This document shows positions 10,165 to 20,857 of a stretch of DNA of 64,000 bases, piece by piece. The stretch lies in the NCBI GenBank assembly GCA_947085875.1, contig CAMTYG010000024.1:6148-70147 (forward strand). The letters run 5' to 3'. Under the pieces are notes generated by a model. That model was not told the DNA's origin, made no database searches, and saw only the letters and a program-made list of their open reading frames with translations. A program made the translations under genes and the position numbers. The first letter of the stretch is position 1. The number at the start of each line of letters is the position of its first letter. Source of the stretch: an uncultured Sulfuricella sp. GTDB lineage: Bacteria; Pseudomonadota; Gammaproteobacteria; Burkholderiales; Sulfuricellaceae.

Positions 10165-11301
10165 ATGTTAAAAAAATTGACGGTGCATGGGTTTAAGTCG
10201 ATTGAGCGGCAAACCATAGCTCTGGGTGCGCTCAATGTGTTGATTGGCGCCAATGGCTCAGGTAAGTCCAACCTGCTGGGCGCCTTGTCCTTTTTCAAAG
10301 AGTCTGCGCTTGGCAACCGGGATGTTTTAGTCAAACGCTTCGGCGGGGCGGATCGCTTGCTCTACCACGGGAAAAAAACTACCAAAGCCTGCTTCTTTGC
10401 CTGCGAGAGCGATGAGTTTTCTTATGAACAGACGTTGATACCGGTTGCCGGAGACCGCCTTGAGGTTGCCAAGGAAGGGTTGGCGATTCTGGGCTCGGCG
10501 GTGGAGTGGTCTGAAGGCGGTGCGGACATCGACAATCTGGAAGAGCAACTCAGGGCTGAAGAAAAGCATCATCTGAAAGAAGCGATATCGCACGGTGAAT
10601 TGACTGAAGAAGAGGCCGAAGATCAGCTCCAGGCATTCCCTTCCGCAAAGCGGCATATCGAGGGCTGGCGGCGGTATCACCTGCATGACACTTCGGCTAC
10701 GGCTGCGGTGAAAGCCACCTGCAACATCGACGATAATCGCTACTTGCGTGAGGATGCCTCGAATCTTGCCGCGTATCTGTATTGGCTCAAATTGAAGCAC
10801 CCCGTCGAATACCGGCGTGTGGTTTCGACGATTAAATTAGCCGCGCCATATTTTGATGATTTTGTGCTGGAACCACTGCGCCGTAATGAGCAAACGATCC
10901 GCCTGGAGTGGAAACAATGCGACTCTGATGCTTACTTCGATGCAGATTCTTTGTCGGATGGCACCTTACGTTTCGTGTGCCTGACAACCTTGCTCAATCA
11001 GCCGCGAAGCACCATGCCTAGCCTTATCATTGTGGATGAACCGGAGCTTGGGCTGCACCCTTTGGCGATTCGGTTGCTTGCAGAAATGCTGGATGCGGCC
11101 TCCGAGCACACCCAGATTTTGGTGGCGACCCAGTCGGTGACACTGCTGGATAATTTTCCGATTGAGCAGGTCATCGTTGCCGACCACGACGGCAGAGGTA
11201 GCCTGTTTCGGCGCTTGAAAGCGGACGACTACCGGATGTGGCTGGAGAATTTTAGCGTCGGAGAGCTGTGGGAGAAGAATGTGTTTGGGGGGCGGCCATG
11301 A
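10165..11301 (+). CDS. ABC-type (AAA_21-like) ATPase
   Basis: GANGSGKS, LSDGTLR, IVDEPELGLHP, ATQS; RBS GAGG before ATG 10165. Confidence 0.88.
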   Translation: MLKKLTVHGFKSIERQTIALGALNVLIGANGSGKSNLLGALSFFKESALGNRDVLVKRFGGADRLLYHGKKTTKACFFACESDEFSYEQTLIPVAGDRLEVAKEGLAILGSAVEWSEGGADIDNLEEQLRAEEKHHLKEAISHGELTEEEAEDQLQAFPSAKRHIEGWRRYHLHDTSATAAVKATCNIDDNRYLREDASNLAAYLYWLKLKHPVEYRRVVSTIKLAAPYFDDFVLEPLRRNEQTIRLEWKQCDSDAYFDADSLSDGTLRFVCLTTLLNQPRSTMPSLIIVDEPELGLHPLAIRLLAEMLDAASEHTQILVATQSVTLLDNFPIEQVIVADHDGRGSLFRRLKADDYRMWLENFSVGELWEKNVFGGRP

Positions 11302-11966
11302 GGAGGCTGCTGGTTCTTGTCGAGGGTGATTCCGAAGAGCTGTTCGTTCAAAATATCCTTTCTCCTCACCTTGAGAATTTTGGTGTTTACGCGCGCGCAA
11401 CTGGCGTCGTCAGCAAGCGTCTGGCCAGTGGCAAGAAATTTACCGGCGGCAATCGTTGGTCGAATGTCCAACTCAGCCTGCGCCCCCTGCTTGCCGATAC
11501 CGAAGCCTGGGTGACTACACTGCTCGATTTCTATGGCTTGCCGGATAATTTTCCGGGGGTATCTGAAGCCTCCACTAGCCATGGGGCTGCGCGGGATCGC
11601 GTGCAGACCATTGAGGTTGCAATCTCAGAAGCGGTGGGAAAGCCGCAGCGTTTCATCCCGTTTATTGCACTGCACGAGTTTGAGGCTTGGTATTTTGCCA
11701 GCCCCTCCAAAGTGGCAGACTATTTCGGCAAAGCTGATGTCAGAGAGATTATGGAGCGTGCCTGCCAGGAAGCCGATGGCCCGGAGAACATCAATCACGG
11801 CAAGGAAACCCATCCGAGCAAACGCCTTGAGGGTTACGGCATGGGATTTCGCAAGACAAGCGCCGTTGCTGTCCTGAAGGATATTGGGCTGGATGCGATT
11901 CGTGCGACTTGCCCACACTTCAACGCATGGCTGGATCATCTGGAAAAGCTGGGAACTCCCGCGTGA
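11298..11966 (+). CDS. DUF4276 family TOPRIM-like protein
   Basis: VLVEGDSE, LLDFYG, HEFEAW, PENIN and CPHFNAWL motifs; coupled to the ABC ATPase. Confidence 0.82.
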   Translation: MRRLLVLVEGDSEELFVQNILSPHLENFGVYARATGVVSKRLASGKKFTGGNRWSNVQLSLRPLLADTEAWVTTLLDFYGLPDNFPGVSEASTSHGAARDRVQTIEVAISEAVGKPQRFIPFIALHEFEAWYFASPSKVADYFGKADVREIMERACQEADGPENINHGKETHPSKRLEGYGMGFRKTSAVAVLKDIGLDAIRATCPHFNAWLDHLEKLGTPA

Positions 11967-14748
11967 TTTCAGAAGGCGCTACATCAAATTTCGCCCCCGG
12001 CGAGCGGATTACCCATAACGAGTTGGTCAGGGTGTTGTCCTCGATGCCGCGCACGATGGGTATCTGCGCGCCTTCTTCGGTGTCGGCGAGCGGCGAGTGC
12101 CGATCACTTCGATCCGGCGCGAGATTTCGCGCACCGAACGCATCCTGCGGGCAGTCGATGGTGGTGCAGACCGGGGACGTAAGGCATGGTTGTCTTACGA
12201 AGCTCACGCTTTGCCGGTGATGGAAAGTGCATCAGCGCTGACCTCTGCCAAGATTGATCTACTACCGCACCAGGTTGTGCTGACACACCGGATTGCCACC
12301 GCATCGCCACGCCGCTACCTGATCGCCGACGAGGTGGGGCTGGGCAAAACCATCGAGACTGCGCTGATCCTGCGTGAGCTGGCGAGCCGGGGCGAAATGA
12401 ACCGGGCGCTGATAGTGGTGCCTGCTGGTCTCGTGAACAATTGGCATCGCGAGCTGAACGAGGTGTTCAATCTCGATTTCGAGGTATTCGGCTCCGAGGG
12501 CGATATCACCGACCGGAAAACCAACGCCTTCGCCAAGCACGACCGCTTGATAGCGAGTATCGACACCCTCAAGCGCCCGGCACGTATCAAACGCCTGCTG
12601 GCTGCGCCGCGCTGGGATTTGGTGGTATTCGATGAGGCGCATCACCTGACTGCCTACAAGGTTGGGGGCAAGGTTAGAAAAACCGAAAACTACAAGCTGG
12701 TCGAAGCGCTGAAAGACCATGCGCGTGACTTGATGCTGCTCTCGGCTACGCCTCACCAAGGCAACCATTTCCAGTTCTGGATGCTGGTGCAACTACTGAA
12801 CCCGACACTGTTCGGCAGCCCCGAAGAAATGCTGGAACACCGGCACCGCCTGAATACGGTGATGTTCCGCCGCACCAAGGCAGATGCCTGCCAGCCGGAT
12901 GGCTCACCGCTGTTTGCCCGGCGTTGGGTGCATACCGAATCGTTCGTGATGGGCGAGGAGGAACGGCGCTTCTACGAGAAGCTGCGCGAGTATCTTGAAG
13001 ACGGATTCAATCTAGCGCAACGGCAAGGTGGACAAGGACGCGCGCTCGGCTTCTTGATGGCGATTTTTCAGAAGATTGCCGCGTCGAGTTTTGCCGCCGT
13101 TCGTCGCACTCTTAAACGACGGCTGCTGATGCTGACGCTGCATGAAGCCTTTCTGCGCGACAAAGACCTCGACATAGAGGGCCGTGAGCGGCTGACAGAT
13201 GAGGCGCGCGAGCTGATCCACCAAGAATTCAACCTTTCACGCGATAGCATTGGCCGCAGCGAGGTGGATCGCGTGCTTGCCGACCTGAAGTACCGGCTGG
13301 TTAAGAAGCTGGACGAAGAAGCGTTGGAGATGGCCTCCGATCCCTATGGCAGCGAGTTTTCGGCTGCGCACGCAGAGGAAGCCGCATCGGCAGTCGTTGA
13401 AATGCACTTGCCCGAAGAGCGTTTGCGCATCGGTGAATTGTTGGCGGTGTTCCCGCAGCAACGCGAAACCAAGGCGCAAAAACTGCTCGATGGCCTTGGC
13501 ATTTTGTGGCGACAAAACCCGAACGAAAAAATCGTGGTGTTCGCCACCTACCTCGGCACGGTGGATTTGATCGCCCGTGAAATCGAACAGACGTTTCCTG
13601 GGCAGGGTGTGGCGGTGCTGCGCGGTGGCGATCACGGCGCGAAGCTGGCGGCAGAGCGCCGATTCCGACAGAAGGACGGGCCGCGCGTGCTAGTCTGCAC
13701 CGCAGCGGGTCGCGAGGGCATCAACCTCCAATTTGCCCGTATTCTGTTCAACTTCGATCTACCCTGGAACCCGATGGATATTGAACAGCGCATCGGACGT
13801 ATCCACCGCTACGGTCAAAACCACACGGCGCAGGTTTACAACCTCGTGTTGTCGGACACCATCGAGGGGCGGATATTCCTTCTGCTCGAAGAAAAGCTGA
13901 CGGAGATCGCGCGAACGGTGGGCAAGGTCGACGACCAAGGAAACGTCGCTGAAGACATGCGTGCACAGATTCTTGGTCAGCTATCTGAGCGGCTGAATTA
14001 CGACCGGCTGTACCAGGAGGCACTGTCTGATCCTGAGCTGAAACGCACACAGGTTGAGCTTGAGGCGGCGCTGTCCAATTCGCGCGAAGCACGACAGGTG
14101 GTGTTCGACCTGTTCCAAGACCTCGAAGGATTTAGTCTCGACGATTACAAGCCGTTCTCGGATGTGTCGTCGAGCATGGATCGGCTGGTGCGCTTCATGT
14201 CGGCTGCGGTGGCAGATCATCAGCAGCGGATGGTCAAGGTGGACGATGAGACTTACGACCTTGTCACAGTCGATGGTGCTCGCCGTGCTCGATTTACATT
14301 GAACCGAGACACAGCCACGAGCCGCGACGATCTGGATTTGATGGGTCTGGATCATCCGCTGGTGCAGGAAGAGCTTGGCCGGTGGCGCAGCGTGCCACCG
14401 GAGGAGCTTGGTATCGCGGTTGCAGGTGATGTTGAAGATTCGGTTCTGCTATCGTTCTGGATGGTCGAGGCGTCTGCCGGAAAGGGCGAACGCCGCGTGG
14501 TGGTGCAGCCGATTGCGGTCAAGCAGGATGGCACGCGGGTGCCTGCGGTGGAGCGCCAATGCGAGCGCTACTTGCACGCACCAACCACCACGCCGAAATT
14601 TTCGCCGGAGCAGCGGCTCGACCTTTTCTCACGAGTGGTAGAGCCGACGCTACAGCGCGAGCTCAAGCACAAAGGGGCTGCAAATGGTGACGGCAGTTAC
14701 TCTGCCGAGTTGATTGGGTATGTGGAAATTGTTGGATTGGGGGCGTGA
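11963..14748 (+). pseudogene. SNF2/RapA-like helicase with an apparent 1-bp frameshift near 12023; the body 12097-14748 is intact
   Basis: ADEVGLGKT, DEAH, SATP, GREGINLQ, QRIGRIHR. The GTG at 11963 overlaps the upstream stop but is out of frame with the body unless one base is added at GAG-TT-GGT. Confidence 0.75.
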
Positions 14749-16049
14749 TGCTGGACGAATACTCAATTGAGCAGCGCGCGACACATATATTCGACGCACG
14801 GACGAAGGAATACTTCTCCGAGGTGTTGAGCTGCTACGTGGCGGGGAGTTATCGCTCTGCGGTCGTGATGCTCTGGTCGGTTGCAGTCTGTGACCTTCTG
14901 TTCAAGCTACAGAACCTCGTCGAGCTATATGGGGATGACAAAGCAAAAGCGATCCTGTCCGACATTGGCAAGCTGCAGGAGGACAACGAGCGATCACCAA
15001 TATGGGAAACAAAGCTCGTCGAGTTAGTCGCAGAGCAGACCCAGCTGCTCGACATTGCCGAGCGGGAAAACCTGCTGCATCTGCAAAAGCAGCGGCATCT
15101 AGCAGCGCACCCTGTGGTCACCGCAAACTTTCAGCTACACAGGCCGAACCGCGAAACTGCGCGGGCGTTGATCCGTAATACGCTCGATGGTTTGCTAACT
15201 AAAGCCCCGATCCTGTCCAAGCAGATAGTCGCCGAACTGGTCGAGGATCTCGAACAAGCATCCGGTATTCTGATCGACGACAAGAAGCTGAAGGCATACT
15301 TGGATAGCAAATATTTCAGTCGCTTCAACCCAGAGGTTGAGAAGGCGGTATTCAAAGCGCTGTGGAAGTTCGCCTTCAGGCTGATAGATGATCGCAGCGA
15401 GAAGAACCGAGCTATCAACTACAGCGCGCTGCGTCTTTTGTTTTCAAGGAATCCAGCGCAGTTTCGGGCACTCATAGAAGCGGAAAAGGACTACTTCAGC
15501 ACCATCGCGACCTACGGTGCGCCGGTCGTGTGCTTGATACATTTCTTGTCACGCGAGGCGAGTCTCTATGGGCCGCTTGCAGATCACGCAAAGGCGGCGA
15601 TTCAGCACGCTGCTGAAAGTGACATCTCAGCCCATTGCCTCGCTTGGTTCACGGTGGAGAACTTACATGAACATGCTGCACGGCTGGGCGAATGGATGGT
15701 GGGAGAAGACCGTCCACAAATAGATCGTGCGACGTGGGGTGAGCTTCTGGAAATCTCCGATTCGCATGAATGGGCAAAGTTGCTTGTACGCCTTGCAAGT
15801 AAATATTACGTCACAAGCGTCAATTACGATACGGCGGATCGTCGATTTGATGAGGCGATCCGTCCGCTGTTGGATCATTATGAGATCGACGACTGCATCG
15901 ACCTCATCGAAGGAATACAGGGGAACGGACAGACTTGGGAAAGAGGCCGAGCCTATAGCGATCACCGTGATTTGCGCGCTAGAGCTATTAAGCTTGATCC
16001 GGCATTCGACCCAACGCAGTACGCAGTTTTCAACCGCCATCTCAATTGA
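14745..16049 (+). CDS. Hypothetical protein with N-terminal HEPN-like domain
   Basis: Helical N-terminus YRSAVVMLW...RHLAAH (RxxxxH); GTGA overlap with the helicase. Confidence 0.6.
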   Translation: MMLDEYSIEQRATHIFDARTKEYFSEVLSCYVAGSYRSAVVMLWSVAVCDLLFKLQNLVELYGDDKAKAILSDIGKLQEDNERSPIWETKLVELVAEQTQLLDIAERENLLHLQKQRHLAAHPVVTANFQLHRPNRETARALIRNTLDGLLTKAPILSKQIVAELVEDLEQASGILIDDKKLKAYLDSKYFSRFNPEVEKAVFKALWKFAFRLIDDRSEKNRAINYSALRLLFSRNPAQFRALIEAEKDYFSTIATYGAPVVCLIHFLSREASLYGPLADHAKAAIQHAAESDISAHCLAWFTVENLHEHAARLGEWMVGEDRPQIDRATWGELLEISDSHEWAKLLVRLASKYYVTSVNYDTADRRFDEAIRPLLDHYEIDDCIDLIEGIQGNGQTWERGRAYSDHRDLRARAIKLDPAFDPTQYAVFNRHLN

Positions 16050-16317
16050 CTAAGCTGACTACTTCATTGCTTCCACTTCGCGCCAAGTGAATAGCCTTGG
16101 CTGTGCCGACCTGCCGTCATAGCCCAGCCAGCGAATTCATACGCTATGCTGGTAGCTGCCCTAAACTTTTAAATGGGTCACACCACCCCGTAAATTGCAA
16201 CACAGATTCTGCGCATAATTGCTCAGAACCCACCTGATTTTATTGTGCTTACCACGCGACAATTGTTGCATGGAAGACATTCGATCCCTCAAGGCGTTAT
16301 TCTGGTTTTCAGGCAAG

Positions 16318-16800
16318 ATGGATGTGCTGTACGAGCATCTCTGCCGCCAGTACAAAACATACATCCTGTTGCTGCTTGCCTATCTCGCTTTCTCGTTGCG
16401 GTATGAGTTTGCCATCAACGCCAGCGTCAGTCTGCCGGGCACGCTGTACCTGATAGAGAAGGGAGACCTTCCCAGGCGAGGGGAGTACGTCGCCTTCAAC
16501 TACCAGAGCGATTTTCTGTACCCACAAGGCACACGCTTCTTGAAACGCGTCATGGGTACTGCGGGCGATTCTGTCCAATCCCGCGACCACAAATACTATG
16601 TCAACGGGAAATTCGTGGGTGAGGCAAAACCAACGACCAGCACTGGGCGACCGATTCTGGAACTGGGGTTCAATGGCGTAATCCCAGCTGGTCACTATTA
16701 CACAATGGCTGATCACCCGCTGAGTCTTGATTCCCGGTATGAAGCCGTTGGATTGGTATCAGCCAACAAGGTCATCGGCAAGGCGTTCAGGCTGTTCTGA
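16318..16800 (+). CDS. trhF: Conjugal S26 signal peptidase (TrhF/TraF-type)
   Basis: INASVSLPG, FLKRVMG and DSRY motifs; N-terminal TM segment; start codon uncertain. Confidence 0.8.
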   Translation: MDVLYEHLCRQYKTYILLLLAYLAFSLRYEFAINASVSLPGTLYLIEKGDLPRRGEYVAFNYQSDFLYPQGTRFLKRVMGTAGDSVQSRDHKYYVNGKFVGEAKPTTSTGRPILELGFNGVIPAGHYYTMADHPLSLDSRYEAVGLVSANKVIGKAFRLF

Positions 16801-16803
16801 TTC

Positions 16804-18888
16804 ATGGAAACTTTGACTGATCGGCTGCTACGCAAATTTCGCTTTCTGCCGGGCGCGCATGATGCTGTGCAAATCAAACAGCTTGCGTCTGCCAAACGGA
16901 TTGAAGACTTGCAAAGGATACCGCGCTACCCGCCATTCATGGAGGGATTGCCTGTGTATGCCCCCGCCGAACTGCTCGCCACGCAACACGAACTCACGGG
17001 CGGAATTCACAACCTGATTGCCAATACGGAGCTGCTGGAAACTTATTACAACCCGGCGATGTTGCGCCTTGCCGCTTTCGTTCATCTCTTGCCAGCCTCG
17101 CAAGCGCATCATCATCGCGGTGCGGGCGGGATGTTGCGCCACTCTCTCGAAGTCGGGTTGTGGGCGCTGCAACAAACCGAGGGCAAGCTGATACGCGGTG
17201 TGACCACGCCACAGCAACGGCGGGTGATAGAACCGCGCTGGCGGCTGGCAGTGTTCCTGGCTGGAGTCTGCCACGACCTCGGCAAGGTGGTGACCGACTT
17301 GACTGTCACCGACCGCGCGAACGCTCAAAGGTGGCGACCTTACCACCAAGGTGTTTATGACTGGGCACTGTCGCACGACATCGAGAATTATTTTTTGCAC
17401 TGGCAAGAGGGGAGGGGAAGACATCACACCAATGTGTCCAGTACCTTGATTGATGCGGTGATCGCGAAAGAGTCGTTCGACTGGATCAGCGATGGCAGCA
17501 CGGATGTGGTGATCTGGCTGACGGAATCGCTCAACAGCAACCCCGGTCAAACCAACCAGATACATGACTATGTGGTCAGAGCCGACCAGTTGAGCGTCGA
17601 GCGTGACCTGAAAACCATGGGCGTGGCGATGGCAGGCTACGAGATTGGCGTGCCGGTCGAACGGTATCTGACCGACATCATGCGTCGTCTGGTGCGAGAG
17701 GGCGTGTGGCGCATCAACGAACCCTCCGCCCGAGTATGGAATATCGACGGCATGACCTACCTTGTCTGGCCGATGGCGGGCGAAGAGATTGCCCGGCGCA
17801 CCAACGATGAAGACATTCCCGGCTTGCCCAAAACTCCGGATGGTATCCTCGACATGATGGTTGAGAGAGGGATTGCCTGTATGCGCGAAGGCGATGGCGA
17901 TCCGTATTTCTACATCGCGCCCGACGTGCTCACTGAAAAAATACCCACCCTGAAACTGAAGTCGATTCGATTGCGCGATCAGGCGCTCATCAGTACGATG
18001 CCGATTGCGCCTGTTGCTGGTCGCGTGATCGGCAGCAACGAAGCTGCTGGCAGTATCGAAACCCCTGTTGACGCAGAAAAACCAGAACATCCCCAGCACC
18101 TCTCCAGCACGTCTGAGCCAGCGGTCAGCGTCGGCACAGAAAACCCAGTACCTCTACAGCACGTCTCCAGCACACCTGAGCCAGCAGCTTCTGTCACCGC
18201 CGATCAGCTCAGCGGCAGCGTGGGCGAAATGCTCAAGGTACTGATCGATGATTTCCGAACCGGCAAGAAAGCATTGAACGATCTTGCCGTGTGTCCCGAA
18301 GACGGCTGCCTGCGTCTCAAGTGGCCACAAGCTTTTGCCGGTTATGGATTTACGCCCAAGCAAATACTGGACGGCCTTACCGAGCGCGGCTGGATGGAGG
18401 CGGACAGTGAGGTCGCCAAAGTGGGTGAAGCCGAGTTCGCCAGCGGTATGGCCAAGGCCATCAGGCTTACCCGGTCGATCAGCAATCTTTTCCCGCAGCG
18501 CGCAACAACCGTGCCGCAATGCGCCCCTGCCAATACGGATTCCGCAGCAGAACCCCCGCACGAAACAAAGACAGTTCGACAGCCTGTCACGAGCGATGTG
18601 CCTGAGCGGAAGAACATCGTCAAACCACCCAATAAGCCCAGGAAGCGTGCTGCGCCAAAGCCAGGCGCTACTTGTGATGCTGCATTAAAAGACCAATCGC
18701 TACCGCCTGTTGATCCGCCTAGCCAAATGGCCAGGCTGAATGAATTGTTGCAAGCGGCCAAGAGGGACGGCAAAGAACTCACCAAGCGTGACATCAATTT
18801 GCTGGCGCGGCAGAAAGTGGGGGGCTTGGCAGCAGCGCGCCTCATGCAAGGTGTCGCACTTTCAGACATCACTGAATTGAAAGCATGA
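16804..18888 (+). CDS. traI: MOBH-family relaxase TraI
   Basis: LPASQAHHHRGAGGMLRHSLEV and HDLGK (HD hydrolase) motifs. Confidence 0.92.
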   Translation: METLTDRLLRKFRFLPGAHDAVQIKQLASAKRIEDLQRIPRYPPFMEGLPVYAPAELLATQHELTGGIHNLIANTELLETYYNPAMLRLAAFVHLLPASQAHHHRGAGGMLRHSLEVGLWALQQTEGKLIRGVTTPQQRRVIEPRWRLAVFLAGVCHDLGKVVTDLTVTDRANAQRWRPYHQGVYDWALSHDIENYFLHWQEGRGRHHTNVSSTLIDAVIAKESFDWISDGSTDVVIWLTESLNSNPGQTNQIHDYVVRADQLSVERDLKTMGVAMAGYEIGVPVERYLTDIMRRLVREGVWRINEPSARVWNIDGMTYLVWPMAGEEIARRTNDEDIPGLPKTPDGILDMMVERGIACMREGDGDPYFYIAPDVLTEKIPTLKLKSIRLRDQALISTMPIAPVAGRVIGSNEAAGSIETPVDAEKPEHPQHLSSTSEPAVSVGTENPVPLQHVSSTPEPAASVTADQLSGSVGEMLKVLIDDFRTGKKALNDLAVCPEDGCLRLKWPQAFAGYGFTPKQILDGLTERGWMEADSEVAKVGEAEFASGMAKAIRLTRSISNLFPQRATTVPQCAPANTDSAAEPPHETKTVRQPVTSDVPERKNIVKPPNKPRKRAAPKPGATCDAALKDQSLPPVDPPSQMARLNELLQAAKRDGKELTKRDINLLARQKVGGLAAARLMQGVALSDITELKA
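18074..18199 (+). repeat. Two imperfect 63-bp in-frame tandem repeats in the traI linker
   Basis: Encode EKPEHPQHLSSTSEPAVSVGT and ENPVPLQHVSSTPEPAASVTA. Confidence 0.8.
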
Positions 18889-19109
18889 ACACAAAGCAGA
18901 TAACGATCTTCACCGGAGAGGACACGCCCGGACAATGGTTCGCACTCTCTCACGACATCCCCTGGTTGGCCGCAGAAGGCGAATCGTTCGCGGCTGCCAG
19001 CAAAACCGTGGCTGATATTGCGCCGGGACTGATAAGCATGCACGGTATCGAGGGGCAGGTTGAGTTGGTGTGGTGTCCGATAGGTTTATATGTGGAAATC
19101 GGAATCTGA
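18885..19109 (+). CDS. Small DUF1902/HicB-like protein
   Basis: 74 aa, WFALSHDIPWLAAEGES pattern; ATGA overlap with traI. Confidence 0.55.
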   Translation: MNTKQITIFTGEDTPGQWFALSHDIPWLAAEGESFAAASKTVADIAPGLISMHGIEGQVELVWCPIGLYVEIGI

Positions 19110-19110
19110 G

Positions 19111-19866
19111 ATGCGCAGCCATCACCGCCTATTGACCAAGCACAAACAACGCGCGATTGCCGTTCGTGCTGAGCCTGTCGAAGCACTCGAATCCGCTCAC
19201 ATTTCGACAAGCTCAATGCGAACGGATTTTTGGATAAATCGTGTCCGATCAACTGCTGCGCTTTGTGCTTTGGTGATCGCCACTCAGGTAGTGTTGGCTC
19301 ATGCAGAAGACCTCGGTGTCATCGGCAAGACGTATGACATTGCCGAGCGCGACCTCATCGAGGTCATCAAGGACAAGCTGCGCCACATGGAGAAAACCGG
19401 CGAGCTGGAAAAAAAGCAGGCTGAATACAAAAACCGCGTGATGTCTGGCATTGAACACCCCAGGCCGATACCGGGTATCCAAGCCACAGAAACAGCCAAT
19501 ACACACTATTACGACCCATCCATTGTCACGGACAAGGATATTGCTGACGCAACCGGCAAAATCCTTTATCCCCGTGGCACACGCGTCAATCCGCTCGATT
19601 ACATCGGCTGGAACAAATACCTGCTGTTCGTGGATGCGCGCGATGCCAAACAGTTGGCATTCAGCAAAAGAATTACCGCCGCATCCGACAAGCCGGTCAA
19701 GCTGGTGCTGGTAGCAGGCGCCCCGCTGGAGCTGATGCGGAAATTGAAGATGCCCGTTTATTTCGATCAGGGCGGCAAGCTGACCCGACGTTTCGCCATC
19801 ACCCAGGTGCCCGCCATTGTCCGACAGGAAGGGAAGAGGTTGCGTATTGATGAACTGCGTTATTAA
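19111..19866 (+). CDS. traW: Type-F conjugative transfer protein TraW
   Basis: DLGVIGKTYDIAERD, GTRVNPLD, YFDQGG and QVPA motifs. Confidence 0.92.
   Translation: MRSHHRLLTKHKQRAIAVRAEPVEALESAHISTSSMRTDFWINRVRSTAALCALVIATQVVLAHAEDLGVIGKTYDIAERDLIEVIKDKLRHMEKTGELEKKQAEYKNRVMSGIEHPRPIPGIQATETANTHYYDPSIVTDKDIADATGKILYPRGTRVNPLDYIGWNKYLLFVDARDAKQLAFSKRITAASDKPVKLVLVAGAPLELMRKLKMPVYFDQGGKLTRRFAITQVPAIVRQEGKRLRIDELRY
19160..19225. repeat. REP-like palindromic element inside the 5' end of traW
   Basis: CCGTTCGTGCTGAGCCTGTCGAA ... TTCGACAAGCTCAATGCGAACGG imperfect inverted repeat. Confidence 0.8.
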
Positions 19867-20857
19867 AACTTTGCTCTGTGCGTTCGGCCTGCTGTTGGGT
19901 GGGCAGAATGCGTTTGCCTCTCTTGATTGCCAGGGGCGCTTTCCCAATCCGATCACCGACATCTGCTGGAGTTGTGTGTTCCCGATCACGTTAGGTGCGG
20001 GCGCGCTGTCGCTACCAGTATCGCTCGGACAAGAGGACACGCCGAATCCGGGGGGATCGCCGATTTGCCTGTGCGGTGTAAATCCCGGCATCAGGATCAG
20101 TTTCTGGGAGCCGGTGCGTCACGTTGACGTGGTGAGAAAACCCTTCTGCATGACCTCGCTGGGCGGTATTGACATGAACCCCGGCTTTGATGCGCCGCAC
20201 GGCACACAAGTGAAAAAAGACAACTCCGACACCAGCTCGTTCTATCAGGTGCATTGGTATGTTGATCCGGTATTTATACTTCTCCAAGCCGTTGTGGACA
20301 GCCCCTGTCTCGAACAGCAGGTGTTCGATGTGGCTTATCTCACGGAACTCGATCCGCTTTGGAATGATGACGAAATGACCAGCATCCTCAACCCGGATTC
20401 ATTCCTGTTCGGCAACCTGGTGGCCAGACTTGCCTGTGGCGCGGATTGCGTTGCATCATCCATCGGATTTGGCAGCAACACGCTGTTCTGGTGTGCGGGT
20501 TGTCAGGGTTCGATGTACCCGTTGAACGGTCATGTCGCCTCGCATATCGGGGGCGTGCAGGCATCCAGCCTGCTGGTGTCGCGCATCATTGCCAAGATGC
20601 ATCGCGAAGGGCTGATGTGGGCCGCATCGGGGAGTTCCGGCATGTGTGGGTATTACCCGCAACTGCTCATGGACAAAACCAACTACAAATACCAGATGCA
20701 CTTTCCGGTAGCGCAAGACAAGATCAATGGCAAGTGTTGCCAGCCGCTGGGCCGCACCACAGTCCTTTGGGGAGCGGGCAAGGAAATACCGGCCATTGGC
20801 GAAGACTTCGCCTACATGATCTTCCGCAAGCGCAACTGTTGCCAGGGAGCATTTTGA
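19850..20857 (+). CDS. traU: Conjugal transfer protein TraU
   Basis: NPITDICWSCVFP, FWEP, YLTELDPLW, FRKRNCC. Confidence 0.93.
   Translation: MNCVIKTLLCAFGLLLGGQNAFASLDCQGRFPNPITDICWSCVFPITLGAGALSLPVSLGQEDTPNPGGSPICLCGVNPGIRISFWEPVRHVDVVRKPFCMTSLGGIDMNPGFDAPHGTQVKKDNSDTSSFYQVHWYVDPVFILLQAVVDSPCLEQQVFDVAYLTELDPLWNDDEMTSILNPDSFLFGNLVARLACGADCVASSIGFGSNTLFWCAGCQGSMYPLNGHVASHIGGVQASSLLVSRIIAKMHREGLMWAASGSSGMCGYYPQLLMDKTNYKYQMHFPVAQDKINGKCCQPLGRTTVLWGAGKEIPAIGEDFAYMIFRKRNCCQGAF

Noticed and set aside
16150-16300. AcaCD/SetCD-type activator box upstream of trhF (and at 53900-54100)
   Set aside because: Only a loose GCCC...GGG resemblance; no convincing shared motif.
16828-18099. Long antisense ORFs (also 6388-7224, 35190-36080, 59997-60860)
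   Set aside because: Shadows of well-supported + strand genes in GC-rich DNA, with no motifs.
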